A stretch of DNA of 64,000 nt from a virus. The position numbers and the translations under genes were made by a program. Below are positions 1-10,438 of this stretch, piece by piece; position 1 is the first letter of the stretch; every line of letters begins with the position of its first letter. The DNA is taken from positions 27,009-91,008 of IMG/VR virus record IMGVR_UViG_3300037466_002724; one strand, 5' to 3'. The notes beneath the pieces were generated by a model. It was given only the letters and a program-made list of their open reading frames with translations, was not told the origin of the DNA and did not search any database.

Positions 1-3000
1 TCGCACACCGAGGTGACCACGGACGTGGTTTTTCTGCGCAAGCGGCCGGACGATGTCGCCGGCGCGCTGGGCCCGCTAGACGACGAGCAGCGGCGCGCGC
101 TGGGCGTGTGGGATGAGGAGTTCCTGGCCGGATCGTATTTCACCGGCCGCGGCGCGCACAACGTGCTGGGCACGATGACCGAGGGCTGGCGCGCGAAGGC
201 CGGCATGGGTAACGACATTACGGTGGAGGGCTCGATGATCGGCGTCGCCGACGCGATCGCCGCGTTCCGGCCGGATTCGGTGGGCGTGGCTGCTGCTGAC
301 CTGACCGTTCCGCAGATCCTGGACAGCCTGCCGAACGACCACATGCGCGAGCGCGCCACCAATGGCGCGGCGCGCCGGCCGTACCAGAACACGGCCAAGG
401 TGGGTGACACCCGCACCGTGGACGGCGTTACCTATGTACTCCAGGGCGAGCCGCCGCGCTGGCACCGCGTCGACGAGTTCATGGCAGGGCCGGCCATTAC
501 CGAGGCAACCGAGCTCGCGCAAGAGATTGACGGGCTGTTCAACGGCCGAGCGGTGGACCGTCCGGCGCTCGAGGCAGCCGTACGCGCGTACGTCGCGAAA
601 TACGGCATCCCGGCCGACAACCCGGAGCTGATGACGGCGGCGAGCGTGGACAAGACGCTGTACCGCCTGGTCGGCGCCGTGAACCGCAATGGCGAGCTGT
701 CGGACGTGGTGCTGGGCCGAGGCACGCGCAAGGTCGATGGTGGCTTCGACACTACCGCGCAGGTGCTGGCGCTGACCAGTGGCGAGTTCTCCTCTGCCGA
801 CCTGGCCGAGCGACTGGACCGGCCGGCCGACGAGGTCGAGGAGCAGTTGGCGGCCGACAGCCGCTACGCCTACCTCGGCGGCGACCGCTGGACCACGATG
901 GACGCCTACCTAACCGGCGAGCTCTGGCCCAAGCTGGACGCCGCGCGCGCGGCGCTGGCCGCTGGCGGCGATCTGCGCACCAAGCTCGAGGCGCAGGTCG
1001 CGGCACTGGAGAAGGCGATCGACCCGAAGGCGCTCGACGACGTCGATTTCCAGCTGAACAGCGCGTTCCTGCCGCTCGACGTGGTGGCCGCGTTCTTCAC
1101 CTGGCGCGACCACGAGGGCCCGCATGCGAACGACTGGACCAAGAAGCAGCAGCCGATGGCGATCACGTTCGCCGGCGGCATCTACACCGTCACCGGCGGC
1201 AACCAGTACGGTGATGCCAAGCTGCTCGACAAGTATCTGAACCGCTCCGGCATCCGCAAGGAAGAGGACCTGCCCAAGGTCGAGGCGCTGAACGCCGAGT
1301 TCAAGGAGTGGCTGTGCGGTTCGCCGTACCGCGACCAGGTCGAGGACCTGTACAACCGCAAGTTCCGCGGCTACGTGGCGCCGGAATACTCCGATGAGCC
1401 TATGGACGTGCCGGGCCTGAACCCGGACCGCAGTGTGCGCAACTGGCGCTGGTCGAGCCTGCGCCGCTCGCTGGCGCAGGGCAAGGGCATCGTCGCGGAC
1501 GACGTCGGCCTGGGAAAGACGCTGGGCGGCCTGCTGCTGGCACGCATGGCGCGCGTGCAGGGCAGCGCCCAGAAGCCGATCATCGTCGTGCCCAAGTCGG
1601 TGCTGGCCAACTGGTACGCCGAATCGCAGGCCTGGTTCCCCGGCGCGCGCATGCTGACGATCGGCGCCGACTTCATGTCGAAGAACGGCGAGCTGGTCGG
1701 CAAGGACGACAGCGCGGCCGAGCGCAAGCGCAAGTACCACGACCTGACCCAGAACGACTACGATTTCATCATCATCAGCGAGCCGGCGTTCGAGGAGATC
1801 GATCTCGACCCGATCACCAAAGAGCAATATTACAGCCAAGACTTCTGGGTGCAGCGCGGCGAGGCCATGGGCAACGCCGGCGACAAGCGCCGCAAGGCGA
1901 TCCGCGAGAAGTATGAGCAGGCGCTGGCCCAGCGCGAGTTCGCGGACCGAACCGACGCCATCTACTTCAACGATCTCGGCATCGACATGCTAATCGCGGA
2001 CGAGATGCACCACCAGAAGAACCTGTACGCGGCGCGCGCACGCTTCGGCGAGTCGCCCAAGTTCCTGGGCGGCCAGGGCCTGTCCAACCGCGCGCTGGAC
2101 TTCAACCTGAAAACCCGCTGGGTGCGCGAGCAGAACGGTGGCAAGGGCGTGCACGGCCTGACGGCGACCCCGACCAAGAACAGCCCGCTCGAGATTTACT
2201 CGATGCTGTCGCACATCGCGCCCGAGGCCTTCGAGCGGATCGGCGTGCGCAACTCGGAAGAGTTCCTGGACCGGTTCTGCGAATTCCAGCAGGACAAGGT
2301 GCTGTCGACGGCCGGCGAGATCGAGGACGCGCTGGTCGTCTCCGGCTTCAAGAACCTGTCCGAGCTGCGCGAGATCATGGCGCGCTTCATCGACCGCCGG
2401 ACCGCGGAGCAGGTCGGGCTTGAGCTGCCGCAGCGTCAGGACCGGCTGCACCTGGTGGACATGAGCAGCGACCAGGAGGACGTCTACGCCGAGCTGCGCG
2501 CGCTGGCCGAGGAGTCGAGCGGCAAGAAGGACGCCACCGGCGACAGCCACATCTTCGCCATCATGGACAAGATGAACAAGGCCGCGCTCGACCTGGCGCT
2601 GCTCGACCCGGCCAAGTACGCCGGCCGCATGAGCCCGAAATACAAGGAGCTCGCCCGGCAGGCCGCCGAGGGCAAGAAAGACGGCGCGCAGGTTATCTTC
2701 TCCGAATACATCGATTCCCACGAGAAGATCGCTGACGCGCTGGTGGCAGCCGGGTTCGACCGCAAGCGCATCGCGATCATCAACGCGCAGGTGGCCGGCT
2801 CGGCAGTGAAACGCCAGAACATTGCCGACGCGCTCAACGCGGGCAAGCTGGACGCCGTGATCGGCAACTGCACCATGGCCGAGGGCCTGAACCTGCAGAA
2901 GAACACGACCGACGTGCACCACCTGGACATCCCATGGGAGCCGGCCACGCTCCAGCAGCGCAACGGCCGCGGCCTGCGCCAGGGCAATCACAACGAGGCG

Positions 3001-4932
3001 GTCCGGATCCACTCGTACCTGTCCAAGGGCTCGTTCGACGGCTACCGCTACCAGGCAGTCGCAGCCAAGAAGGACTGGCAGGACCTGCTGTGGAATGGCG
3101 GTGACCGCGTCGAGAACCTGGCGCGCGAGGGCACGTTCTCGCTCGACGACATGCGCATCATGCTGGCGGCCGATCCGGAAGCGGCGCGTGCGGCGTTCGA
3201 GGCTGACAGAGCCGCGGCGCTGCAGCGGTACGAGGCCGGCCAGCGCACCGAGGCTGTCTCCGAGTTCGTTCGGTTTCAGGACATGAAACGCAGTTACGGC
3301 GCGCTCAAGAACAAGGGCAGCGCCAGCGCCACCCGCCTGCGCGACAAGATCGAGGCGGCCAAGGCCTCCCTGTTCCGCAACAAGTATTTCCCGGCCAAAG
3401 ACGCGCTCGACAGCGACACCGACGTTCTGATCCACCCGGAGACCGGCACCGTGCTGACGGCCGGCACCGGCATGGACTTCGGCGACGACGGCAAGATGGT
3501 CGTCACCGGCGTGAACATGCGCGCCGGCACCGTCACCCTGCGGCGCTACGCCGACACCACCGGTGCCCGCCACGTGACCCTGCCGCTCAAGGAATTCGGT
3601 GACGCTAAGCCGTTCACGCTGGATGCCGAGGCGGAGGCCGGCGAGGTACGCACCAAGATGGAAGAGGCGGCGGCCGCCAACCTGAACAACCTCAAGCACT
3701 GGGACGACGTCAAGAACATGCCGTCCTCTGTACTCGAGGCGAACCACGACCTGATCCAGCGCCAGATCAAGGAAGGTGCTAAGGCCTACAAGTTCCACAT
3801 GCCGTACGGCTCGGTGCCGATGGTGAACCGCGAGACGGGCGAGCTCAAGATGGCCGAGAGCTACGAGCACACCAAGATGCACGACACGCACGACTACCTG
3901 CTGCCGACGGACGCGGCAAAGGAGCGCGTCGCGCAGGCCTGGATGGCTTCGGAGCGCGGCAAGAAGTTTGGCAAGGAGACGTTCCAGGCGCGCAAGAACA
4001 GCCGTACGGAGTGGCGTAACAAGGTTGAGTACCCGGACGCCTCGTACAGCAACCGCAACTACAACCCGTGGACCTCGCTGCTGCGCGACCTGCACGGCAA
4101 GGATCAGGTCACCGGCATCGCCGAGCATCCGGCCGTGCGCGCTACCCGCGAGCGGTTCGAGCGCGAGCAGCTGGAGCGCGTGCGGCGGGCACCCACCTTC
4201 AAGGAGGCGCTGGCCGAGGCCTTCCCGCTGGCGAAGCTGCCGGAGCACGGCGCCAGCGAAGGCACCAAGCCGACCTGGAACAAGAAGGCGCTGGCGATCC
4301 TGTGGGCGCGCGCCCGGCACGAGGGCCTGCTGGGCAGTCAGATGGACGAGCACCTGCCGACCAAGCCGAGCAAATGGAACCCGAAGGGCGACAAGGTCCA
4401 CGACGGCTACGCCTACCACCGCCCGGGCTACTCGGGCGAGGACAAGACTGTGCACGGCACCCTGCGCGACATCGCGGCCGGCTCCGGTCACCGCGACCTG
4501 GCACACGCTATGACCGTGTCGGCCATTCGCCACCACGACGGGCTAGATAAGGTTGCTGAGCTGCGCTCGTTGTCCCAATACAACAACAGTGACCCGGACG
4601 CGCTCAAGGTCATGCAGATGCTGGCCCAGAGCACCGGATTGGTCGACAAGAAGGTGCACGAGCTCGACGGGTTCCAGAACGGCCTGCTGTCCACGCATCA
4701 GTGGGCGCCGGACCGCAATCAAACCGTCGGCGATCGCATCCAGTCGCAAATCGAGCGGCTTCGAATTCCAGACACTGGATGGAAGGAGACGCTAACTCAA
4801 GCCCGCGCCGAAGCTCAAAAAATGGTCTCCCAAGGGAAGCTCCACCAGGACATCGTCAACGATGCCTATTACGACAAGGCCCGATTGGTACAGGTGATCG
4901 AGGCCGCCAAGTTCGCCAAGGAGGCCGCATGA
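1..4932 (+). CDS. DarB-like giant protein (end of N6-adenine methyltransferase region + SNF2 helicase), 5' truncated by the window edge
   Basis: Frame open from base 1 (SHTEVTTDVVFLRKR, typical end of the MTase domain in DarB-like proteins). SNF2 motifs: DDVGLGKT, IVVPKS, IADEMH, LTATP, AEGLNLQ, QRNGRGLRQGN. Confidence 0.85.
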   Translation, partial: SHTEVTTDVVFLRKRPDDVAGALGPLDDEQRRALGVWDEEFLAGSYFTGRGAHNVLGTMTEGWRAKAGMGNDITVEGSMIGVADAIAAFRPDSVGVAAADLTVPQILDSLPNDHMRERATNGAARRPYQNTAKVGDTRTVDGVTYVLQGEPPRWHRVDEFMAGPAITEATELAQEIDGLFNGRAVDRPALEAAVRAYVAKYGIPADNPELMTAASVDKTLYRLVGAVNRNGELSDVVLGRGTRKVDGGFDTTAQVLALTSGEFSSADLAERLDRPADEVEEQLAADSRYAYLGGDRWTTMDAYLTGELWPKLDAARAALAAGGDLRTKLEAQVAALEKAIDPKALDDVDFQLNSAFLPLDVVAAFFTWRDHEGPHANDWTKKQQPMAITFAGGIYTVTGGNQYGDAKLLDKYLNRSGIRKEEDLPKVEALNAEFKEWLCGSPYRDQVEDLYNRKFRGYVAPEYSDEPMDVPGLNPDRSVRNWRWSSLRRSLAQGKGIVADDVGLGKTLGGLLLARMARVQGSAQKPIIVVPKSVLANWYAESQAWFPGARMLTIGADFMSKNGELVGKDDSAAERKRKYHDLTQNDYDFIIISEPAFEEIDLDPITKEQYYSQDFWVQRGEAMGNAGDKRRKAIREKYEQALAQREFADRTDAIYFNDLGIDMLIADEMHHQKNLYAARARFGESPKFLGGQGLSNRALDFNLKTRWVREQNGGKGVHGLTATPTKNSPLEIYSMLSHIAPEAFERIGVRNSEEFLDRFCEFQQDKVLSTAGEIEDALVVSGFKNLSELREIMARFIDRRTAEQVGLELPQRQDRLHLVDMSSDQEDVYAELRALAEESSGKKDATGDSHIFAIMDKMNKAALDLALLDPAKYAGRMSPKYKELARQAAEGKKDGAQVIFSEYIDSHEKIADALVAAGFDRKRIAIINAQVAGSAVKRQNIADALNAGKLDAVIGNCTMAEGLNLQKNTTDVHHLDIPWEPATLQQRNGRGLRQGNHNEAVRIHSYLSKGSFDGYRYQAVAAKKDWQDLLWNGGDRVENLAREGTFSLDDMRIMLAADPEAARAAFEADRAAALQRYEAGQRTEAVSEFVRFQDMKRSYGALKNKGSASATRLRDKIEAAKASLFRNKYFPAKDALDSDTDVLIHPETGTVLTAGTGMDFGDDGKMVVTGVNMRAGTVTLRRYADTTGARHVTLPLKEFGDAKPFTLDAEAEAGEVRTKMEEAAAANLNNLKHWDDVKNMPSSVLEANHDLIQRQIKEGAKAYKFHMPYGSVPMVNRETGELKMAESYEHTKMHDTHDYLLPTDAAKERVAQAWMASERGKKFGKETFQARKNSRTEWRNKVEYPDASYSNRNYNPWTSLLRDLHGKDQVTGIAEHPAVRATRERFEREQLERVRRAPTFKEALAEAFPLAKLPEHGASEGTKPTWNKKALAILWARARHEGLLGSQMDEHLPTKPSKWNPKGDKVHDGYAYHRPGYSGEDKTVHGTLRDIAAGSGHRDLAHAMTVSAIRHHDGLDKVAELRSLSQYNNSDPDALKVMQMLAQSTGLVDKKVHELDGFQNGLLSTHQWAPDRNQTVGDRIQSQIERLRIPDTGWKETLTQARAEAQKMVSQGKLHQDIVNDAYYDKARLVQVIEAAKFAKEAA

Positions 4933-5252
4933 TCGACCCGAAAACCTTCGCGGCTAGCACGCTGGCTCTGCTCCAGGAGGACCCGCGCCGCTACGTCAAC
5001 TTCGGCACGCACTGGTACCTGGTCAAGGCGCTGATGAAGCGGTTCTACACCCGCGACAACCTGCACTTGCTCGGCGACTACATGGACCAGTCGGTCATCG
5101 ATCGCATGCCGGCTCACGCCAGCCTGGCCGAGGCGCTGGAGGCAGCGGTCGAGGAGTACCGCCAGAACGCCAGCTTCAACCTGGGCTCGAACGTGGTGAC
5201 CGACCCGCACGGTGAGCAGTTCACGCTGATCGACACGGACGCCGGGATCTAG
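4929..5252 (+). CDS. Hypothetical protein (107 aa) translationally coupled to the DarB-like gene
   Basis: ATGA overlap at 4929-4932 preceded by AAGGAGG; followed by a terminator. Confidence 0.8.
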   Translation: MIDPKTFAASTLALLQEDPRRYVNFGTHWYLVKALMKRFYTRDNLHLLGDYMDQSVIDRMPAHASLAEALEAAVEEYRQNASFNLGSNVVTDPHGEQFTLIDTDAGI

Positions 5253-5270
5253 CCGGTGCACCACCCTACC

Positions 5271-5297
5271 AGGCCGCCTTCGGGCGGCTTTTTTGTT
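5271..5297 (+). terminator. Intrinsic terminator
   Basis: GCCGCC-TTCG-GGCGGC followed by TTTTTT. Confidence 0.85.
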
Positions 5298-5300
5298 GCC

Positions 5301-5562
5301 GGTAACCGGTTTCGGTAACCGTGGTTTCCGGCGCTTTTCGTAAGTCTTTGATTTTACGATGGTAACCGGTAACCGTAACCGGCGGGGAGAAGACATATAT
5401 AACGTGTGATGTGCGTACATGTTGATACATTGAAACACTTCTCATGTAGTATCTATTCATTTCTATTATTCTGGTTACTTGGTTACTGGTACTGAAAAAG
5501 AGAAAAGAAACAAAGACTTATCGGTAACCAGAAGCGGTTACCGTCCGGTTACCGTGGTTACC
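5301..5562. repeat. Iteron array A (GGTAACC/GGTTACC) around an AT-rich core with IHF-like sites; putative origin element
   Basis: About 12 GTAAC/GTTAC units, mostly GTAAC left and GTTAC right of an AT-rich core. TAAGTCTTTGATT (5341-5353) matches the IHF consensus WATCAANNNNTTR on the minus strand; AAACAAAGACTTA (5508-5520) is its inverted near-copy. Confidence 0.75.
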
Positions 5563-5577
5563 GGGTCGGGTAGCACC

Positions 5578-5593
5578 GTCGTGACCCTACGAT
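5578..5593 (+). promoter_or_regulatory. Putative phage late promoter (leaderless)
   Basis: GTCGTGAC-cc-TACGAT, 6 nt before ATG 5600; no room for an SD. Confidence 0.75.
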
Positions 5594-5599
5594 GGTGGG

Positions 5600-8500
5600 A
5601 TGAAGCCGATCCTGTTCCTGAAAGCACAGTCCATTCCGCCCGGCGCGCGCTGGATCACTATTCACGCGGGCGGGAACAAAGACGCCAAGGGTCAGCCGGT
5701 CCTAATCCAGCCCAACGCTGATGGCTCAGCGCACGTGTTGGGCGGGGCAGGGGGAGCCCTCAACTACCTCAAGCTGCGCGCGGTGCGCTCGGAATCGGAC
5801 TACAAGCGCGAGGCGCTGGAGAAGAAGAAGGCCCGGACCGAGGCGAAGAAAGAGCAGCGGAAGCGCGACAAGGAAAACGGCCTGGTCGAGTCGAAGAAGA
5901 AGGCCCGCGACGCGGTGAAGGCGCAGGTGCACGAGCACGAGCGCAAGTTCGTCCAGTCGGTGGCGGACGCCATGGGCTGGGATCCGAAGTCGCTGGAGTT
6001 CCCCGAGCAGGACGTTGCGCACCTGTCGGACGCCGCGCAGGCCAAGCTGCGGCTTCAGCACCACCAGGAGCTGCTGCAGCGCGCCACCGAGGCGGTCGAT
6101 GTCCAGCGCAAGAGACTGGTCGATGACGCGGCCGCGCGCATGGATGCCGGGATCAGCGAGATCCCGCTCGAGACCAAGGACCCGAAGACGCTGTCGGTTC
6201 AGGACCTGAACCCCGTGAAGGCCGAGGGTGGCGGACCCGGCTTCGCGCCGCACTACAAGGAGCGCGCCGAGGACGCCGGCCTGACCGAGGGCGAGCTCAA
6301 GGCCGAGGCCGCTGCCACCAAAGAGGCCAAGCAGGCGCAGATGACGCCGGCGCAGCGCCAGGCCGCCGTCGCGCGCGGCGAGACCGCGAAGATGGTCGCC
6401 AACGAGATCAAGTCGATCCGCGAACCGCTGGTCGGCGACACCAAGGTGCAGCTGGCCGACGCCAAGACCGCCGTCGCGCTGCTGAAAGCGCAGAAGCAGC
6501 TGCGCCAGCTCCACAAGAAGGCACAGGACGCCAACCGCGAGATCGACCGCGCGGCGACCGAACCGAAGGCCTACGTGATCGAGTACACCGCCGACCCGGA
6601 GGCCGACGCCAAGGTCGAGGCGGACATCGAGGGCGACCTGCGCACGATGAAGACCCGGGCATTCCTGTCCGAGTTCCAGCAGCTGGCCGGCGAAGCGCCG
6701 GGCGAATCGCTGGGCAAGCACATCGGCGTGGGCGCCTACAACAGCATCAACTCGCTGGCGCTCGCCGTGGGTGGCGAGGCGCTGGTCGATCGGTCGGTGG
6801 TGGACGTGCTGGGCGTGGCGGGGGCCGCGCAGGTGCTGGCGCGCCGGATCCACAACGACCTGCCGCAGGATGTCGAGCGCATCGCCGACGGTATGCAGCA
6901 GTTCCACCTCGACCACTACATGGCGACCAGCGAGCAGGCGCTGTCGGATGCGCGCGACCTGATGGAGACGGCCAAGGAGATCGAGCTCGGCGAGCTGACG
7001 AACGGCGCTGACCTGCAGGCCGCGCAGGAGCTCAACGCGCGCCGGCGCCGGGCCGTGAACGACGCGCAGAAGGTGCTCGGCCAGGCGCTCGGGGAGATGG
7101 AGGCAAACGCGGCACTGGTGACTGCGCTCAAGCAGGGCAAGAAGGACACGTTCCAGGTATCGCTCGGCAAGACCGGCGTCGAGGACGCCATCCGCCAGGC
7201 GCGCGCGATCGGGCTGCAAAAGGGCGACTACACGCTCGAGGATGTGGCCGGCGACCGCTTCCTGACCATCAACGCGGCCGGACTGGACCGGCTGGCCAAG
7301 CCGGTGAACCGCGACGACGTCGAGCAGGTGAAGCGCAACCTGGCCATCATCCGCGGCGATCAGGACGAGGACGGCTGGCTGCCGCTGGGCGTGGCGAACC
7401 GCCCAGACCTGTCCATGGATGTGAAGCCGGGCGCGGCGCCGTCGCTGGCCATCCCGTTCGAGCCGGGCGAGGACCTGGAGCAGTCGCTGATGGACTACAT
7501 CGGCGGGCGCGCGGCTGACGGCGACACGCCGGGCGACATCGTGGCCGACATTCAGTCTGCCGAGTTCTTCCAGAAAGTTGGCTCGGGTCGGGCCGAACAA
7601 TATCGCAAGGCGCTCGACGCGGTGGCCCCGCTCAAGGGCGCCGACGGCAAGATGCGCCGCGCCGATGCGCTGGGCGACGCGTTCGATGGTTATGCCGACC
7701 TCTTTGTGCAGAACCGCTACGGTAATGCCCGCTCGACCCTGAACCGCCAGCAGTTCAAGGTGGACAAGAAGTCGGTCGACGCGCTGCACCGCGCGCTGGC
7801 TGAGACGCCGGAGGGCACCGCCGCTTACAAGCCGATCGGCGAGCTGACGCCGCAGGACCAGCGCGCCATCCGCGAATTCTTCTACCGGAACGTGGCCAAG
7901 GAGTCGCCGGACGCCGCCGCGCTGCGCCAGGACCTGGAGAAGCACGCCTCGGCCGAGCCGGCGGCCGAGACTACCGACATGTTCGGCGACACCGTGCCCA
8001 ACCCGGAACACGGCGAGTGGCGCGCGCGCCGCGACGAGCTGGCCGGCCAGGTCAATGCCTCCTCCCTGACCTGGGGTAAGTACATCGACGTGATGGGCGG
8101 CCATGCGAAAGCCTACGAGGCGGTCCAGGACCTGATCCGCTCGCGCGTCGGCAAGGCATTCGCCGATGCCCACAACAAGTTGAACCCGGGCGCGCCGATC
8201 AAGGTCGGCAAGGCGCTGATCCGCAACAACCTGAACCACCTGGACGCCACCGACGCCGAGGCGCGCGAAGCCCGGCTCGCCCGTGACCGCGCGCTGACCG
8301 ACAGTTTGCGCGAGCGCGTGCAGGGCAAGTACGCATCCGGCAGCGTGGCCGACAAGCTGGACGCCGCGCGCGATCGCCAGGCGGCGTTCGACCAGGCGCA
8401 GATGGGCTTCTTTGCCGACGAGGCGCCGCCGACCGCGGCCGAGGACATCAAGCTCGAGGGCGACGAGCGCCACTCGATCGGGCACGCGGCCGAGCGCCAG

Positions 8501-10135
8501 ATCGCCGGCATGATGGGCGTGGTTGGCCAGAACTTCAAACCGGGTGCCCCGACCAAGCTGTGGGCGCCGACCATGAGCGGGGGGAAGAACGCCGCGCGCC
8601 AGCGCCTGGTCAAGCTGGTGGACGCGAACAAGCGCGTGGTCGCCGCGTTCGGCACCGGCTCCGGCAAGTCGCTGCTGCAGCTGGTCTCGTTTACCCACCT
8701 GAAACAGCAGGGCAAGGCCAAGCGCGGCCTGTTCCTGGTGCCGTCGATCGTCCAGGGCCAATTCTCGGGCGAGGCGCTGCGCTACCTCGAGCCGGGCAAG
8801 TTCAACTGGCACATCCAGCCTGGCGCGAGCCGCGATGAGCGGATCGCCGCCTACAAGGACCCGAAGCACGATTTCGCGGTAATGACGCACCAGTCTTTCC
8901 GCGACGACATGATCCACCTGGGCGCCAAGCACGCCGGCATCCCAGAATCCGAGATGGCCGACCGCCTGAACGCCATGACGGACGAGGAGCGCAAAGGCTG
9001 GATGGGCGACCTGATGGAGCGCGAGGGGATCAACTTCGACTACCTCACGGTGGACGAGAGCCAGAACACCCTGAACCGCGCCGGCAAGGAGAACTCGAAC
9101 CTGGCGAATGTGGTCGACGCGCTGTCGCACCACACGCCGCACTACCTGCTGGCGTCCGGCGACCCGGTCAAGAACGATGCGTCCGAGGTCTACGACCTGC
9201 TGCGCAAGATGGACCCGGCCCGCTACAGCGACCGCGGCGCCTTCATGCGCCGCTACGGCGCCGACACGCTGGCCAGCAAGGATGCGCTCAAGCGCGAGAT
9301 GGCGCGCTACGTCTACCCGTCGAAGATCGACCCGGACGTGCAGGCCAACCGGCGTGAGGAGAAAATTCCGCTGTCCGAAGGCCAGAAGCTGGCGCTGTCC
9401 GAGCTCGACAAGCATTTCAGCAGCGCGCGTATCGCCCGCATGCAGGGCAAGGTGGACGTGGACGCCATGAAGGCGATCTCGCCGGGCTCGTTCGCGAAGG
9501 TGCCGGCCGACCAGCACGAGGAGGTGGCGCGCAACCTACAGGCGAACATCGGCATCCTGCGCGCATCGGCTGTCCAGCGGGTGATCAACACGCATGCTGA
9601 CAACGCCAAGGTCGACCACCTGGCGCAGCTCGCGACCGCGCGCAAGGGCAAGCCGGGCGTCGTGTTTGCGCACTCGCTGGACGCGGTCAAGGCGATCAAG
9701 GAGCGGCTGGAGAAGGAGGGGCATCGCGTGGTCAGCCTGACCGGCGCCGATTCCTCGACCGAGAAGGAGCGCAAGCGCCTGATGTTCAACCCGGAGCAGG
9801 GCGACGCTCAGGCCGACATCCTGATCGCGTCGGACGCCGGCGCCACTGGCATGAACATCCAGCGCGGCCAATGGCTGGTGCAGATGGACACGCCCCAGAC
9901 GGCGATGACGCATGCCCAGCGCCAGGGCCGCATCTTCCGCACCGGCCAGAAGAACAACGTCGAGCTGATCGACCTGGTGGCGGACCATCCGGAGGAGCGC
10001 GCCGCGCGCGACCGCCTGTCGAAGAAGTATGGCCTGCGCGAGATGATGACCAGCTCGATGGAGGGGCTGGATGACACCGGCGTCGCCGCATACCTCAAGC
10101 AGGCGCAGGTCAACCAGCAGGAGAGCCTGCTGTAG
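5600..10135 (+). CDS. Large SNF2-family helicase/ATPase (1511 aa), probable virion internal protein
   Basis: C-terminal motifs FGTGSGKS, LVPS, TVDESQ, LASGDP, ATGMNIQ, QRQGRIFRTGQ; long helical N-terminal region; starts MKPILFLKA. Confidence 0.85.
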   Translation: MKPILFLKAQSIPPGARWITIHAGGNKDAKGQPVLIQPNADGSAHVLGGAGGALNYLKLRAVRSESDYKREALEKKKARTEAKKEQRKRDKENGLVESKKKARDAVKAQVHEHERKFVQSVADAMGWDPKSLEFPEQDVAHLSDAAQAKLRLQHHQELLQRATEAVDVQRKRLVDDAAARMDAGISEIPLETKDPKTLSVQDLNPVKAEGGGPGFAPHYKERAEDAGLTEGELKAEAAATKEAKQAQMTPAQRQAAVARGETAKMVANEIKSIREPLVGDTKVQLADAKTAVALLKAQKQLRQLHKKAQDANREIDRAATEPKAYVIEYTADPEADAKVEADIEGDLRTMKTRAFLSEFQQLAGEAPGESLGKHIGVGAYNSINSLALAVGGEALVDRSVVDVLGVAGAAQVLARRIHNDLPQDVERIADGMQQFHLDHYMATSEQALSDARDLMETAKEIELGELTNGADLQAAQELNARRRRAVNDAQKVLGQALGEMEANAALVTALKQGKKDTFQVSLGKTGVEDAIRQARAIGLQKGDYTLEDVAGDRFLTINAAGLDRLAKPVNRDDVEQVKRNLAIIRGDQDEDGWLPLGVANRPDLSMDVKPGAAPSLAIPFEPGEDLEQSLMDYIGGRAADGDTPGDIVADIQSAEFFQKVGSGRAEQYRKALDAVAPLKGADGKMRRADALGDAFDGYADLFVQNRYGNARSTLNRQQFKVDKKSVDALHRALAETPEGTAAYKPIGELTPQDQRAIREFFYRNVAKESPDAAALRQDLEKHASAEPAAETTDMFGDTVPNPEHGEWRARRDELAGQVNASSLTWGKYIDVMGGHAKAYEAVQDLIRSRVGKAFADAHNKLNPGAPIKVGKALIRNNLNHLDATDAEAREARLARDRALTDSLRERVQGKYASGSVADKLDAARDRQAAFDQAQMGFFADEAPPTAAEDIKLEGDERHSIGHAAERQIAGMMGVVGQNFKPGAPTKLWAPTMSGGKNAARQRLVKLVDANKRVVAAFGTGSGKSLLQLVSFTHLKQQGKAKRGLFLVPSIVQGQFSGEALRYLEPGKFNWHIQPGASRDERIAAYKDPKHDFAVMTHQSFRDDMIHLGAKHAGIPESEMADRLNAMTDEERKGWMGDLMEREGINFDYLTVDESQNTLNRAGKENSNLANVVDALSHHTPHYLLASGDPVKNDASEVYDLLRKMDPARYSDRGAFMRRYGADTLASKDALKREMARYVYPSKIDPDVQANRREEKIPLSEGQKLALSELDKHFSSARIARMQGKVDVDAMKAISPGSFAKVPADQHEEVARNLQANIGILRASAVQRVINTHADNAKVDHLAQLATARKGKPGVVFAHSLDAVKAIKERLEKEGHRVVSLTGADSSTEKERKRLMFNPEQGDAQADILIASDAGATGMNIQRGQWLVQMDTPQTAMTHAQRQGRIFRTGQKNNVELIDLVADHPEERAARDRLSKKYGLREMMTSSMEGLDDTGVAAYLKQAQVNQQESLL

Positions 10136-10155
10136 CAGTGTTGCGGCGGAACATC

Positions 10156-10185
10156 TTCACAACTTTGATCTTTTCTGGTTATACT
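10156..10185 (+). promoter_or_regulatory. Putative sigma70 promoter (leaderless) for a moron-like unit
   Basis: TTCACA-18 nt-TATACT, 7 nt before ATG 10193. Confidence 0.5.
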
Positions 10186-10192
10186 TGAGCCC

Positions 10193-10438
10193 ATGAAAAA
10201 CCGTCACCTTACCAAAATCGCCTTCCTGCTTCTCGGCTTCCTCGTCTTCTGCGCGGCCGCGCCGCTGGTGTTGTTCATGGCGCCGGCACAGGCTGAGGAT
10301 GCGAGCGCCTGCTACAGCATCAACGATGGTGACACCCGTACTTACTGCCTGGCGCGCGCGCACCACGATGCCAGCCAGTGCTATGCCATCCAGCGGCCGG
10401 ACCTGCGTGCGCAGTGCCGCGCCGAAGTGAGGAAGTGA
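10193..10438 (+). CDS. Small secreted Cys-rich protein
   Basis: Signal-like N-terminus (…APAQA|EDA) and two CY-x-I-x6-7-C repeats. Confidence 0.75.
   Translation: MKNRHLTKIAFLLLGFLVFCAAAPLVLFMAPAQAEDASACYSINDGDTRTYCLARAHHDASQCYAIQRPDLRAQCRAEVRK

Noticed and set aside
5301-5562. GGTWACC arrays as a CRISPR array or as the short ORFs called over them
   Set aside because: Units are 5-7 bp, irregularly spaced and inverted, with no repeat-spacer periodicity or cas genes; the VTG/GYR-rich ORFs are translations of the repeats.
1990-9517. Very long minus-strand ORFs (848 aa, 1263 aa; likewise 11624-13828, 18435-19985, 20929-23658)
   Set aside because: Shadow frames antisense to well-supported genes in high-GC DNA; no motifs or start signals.
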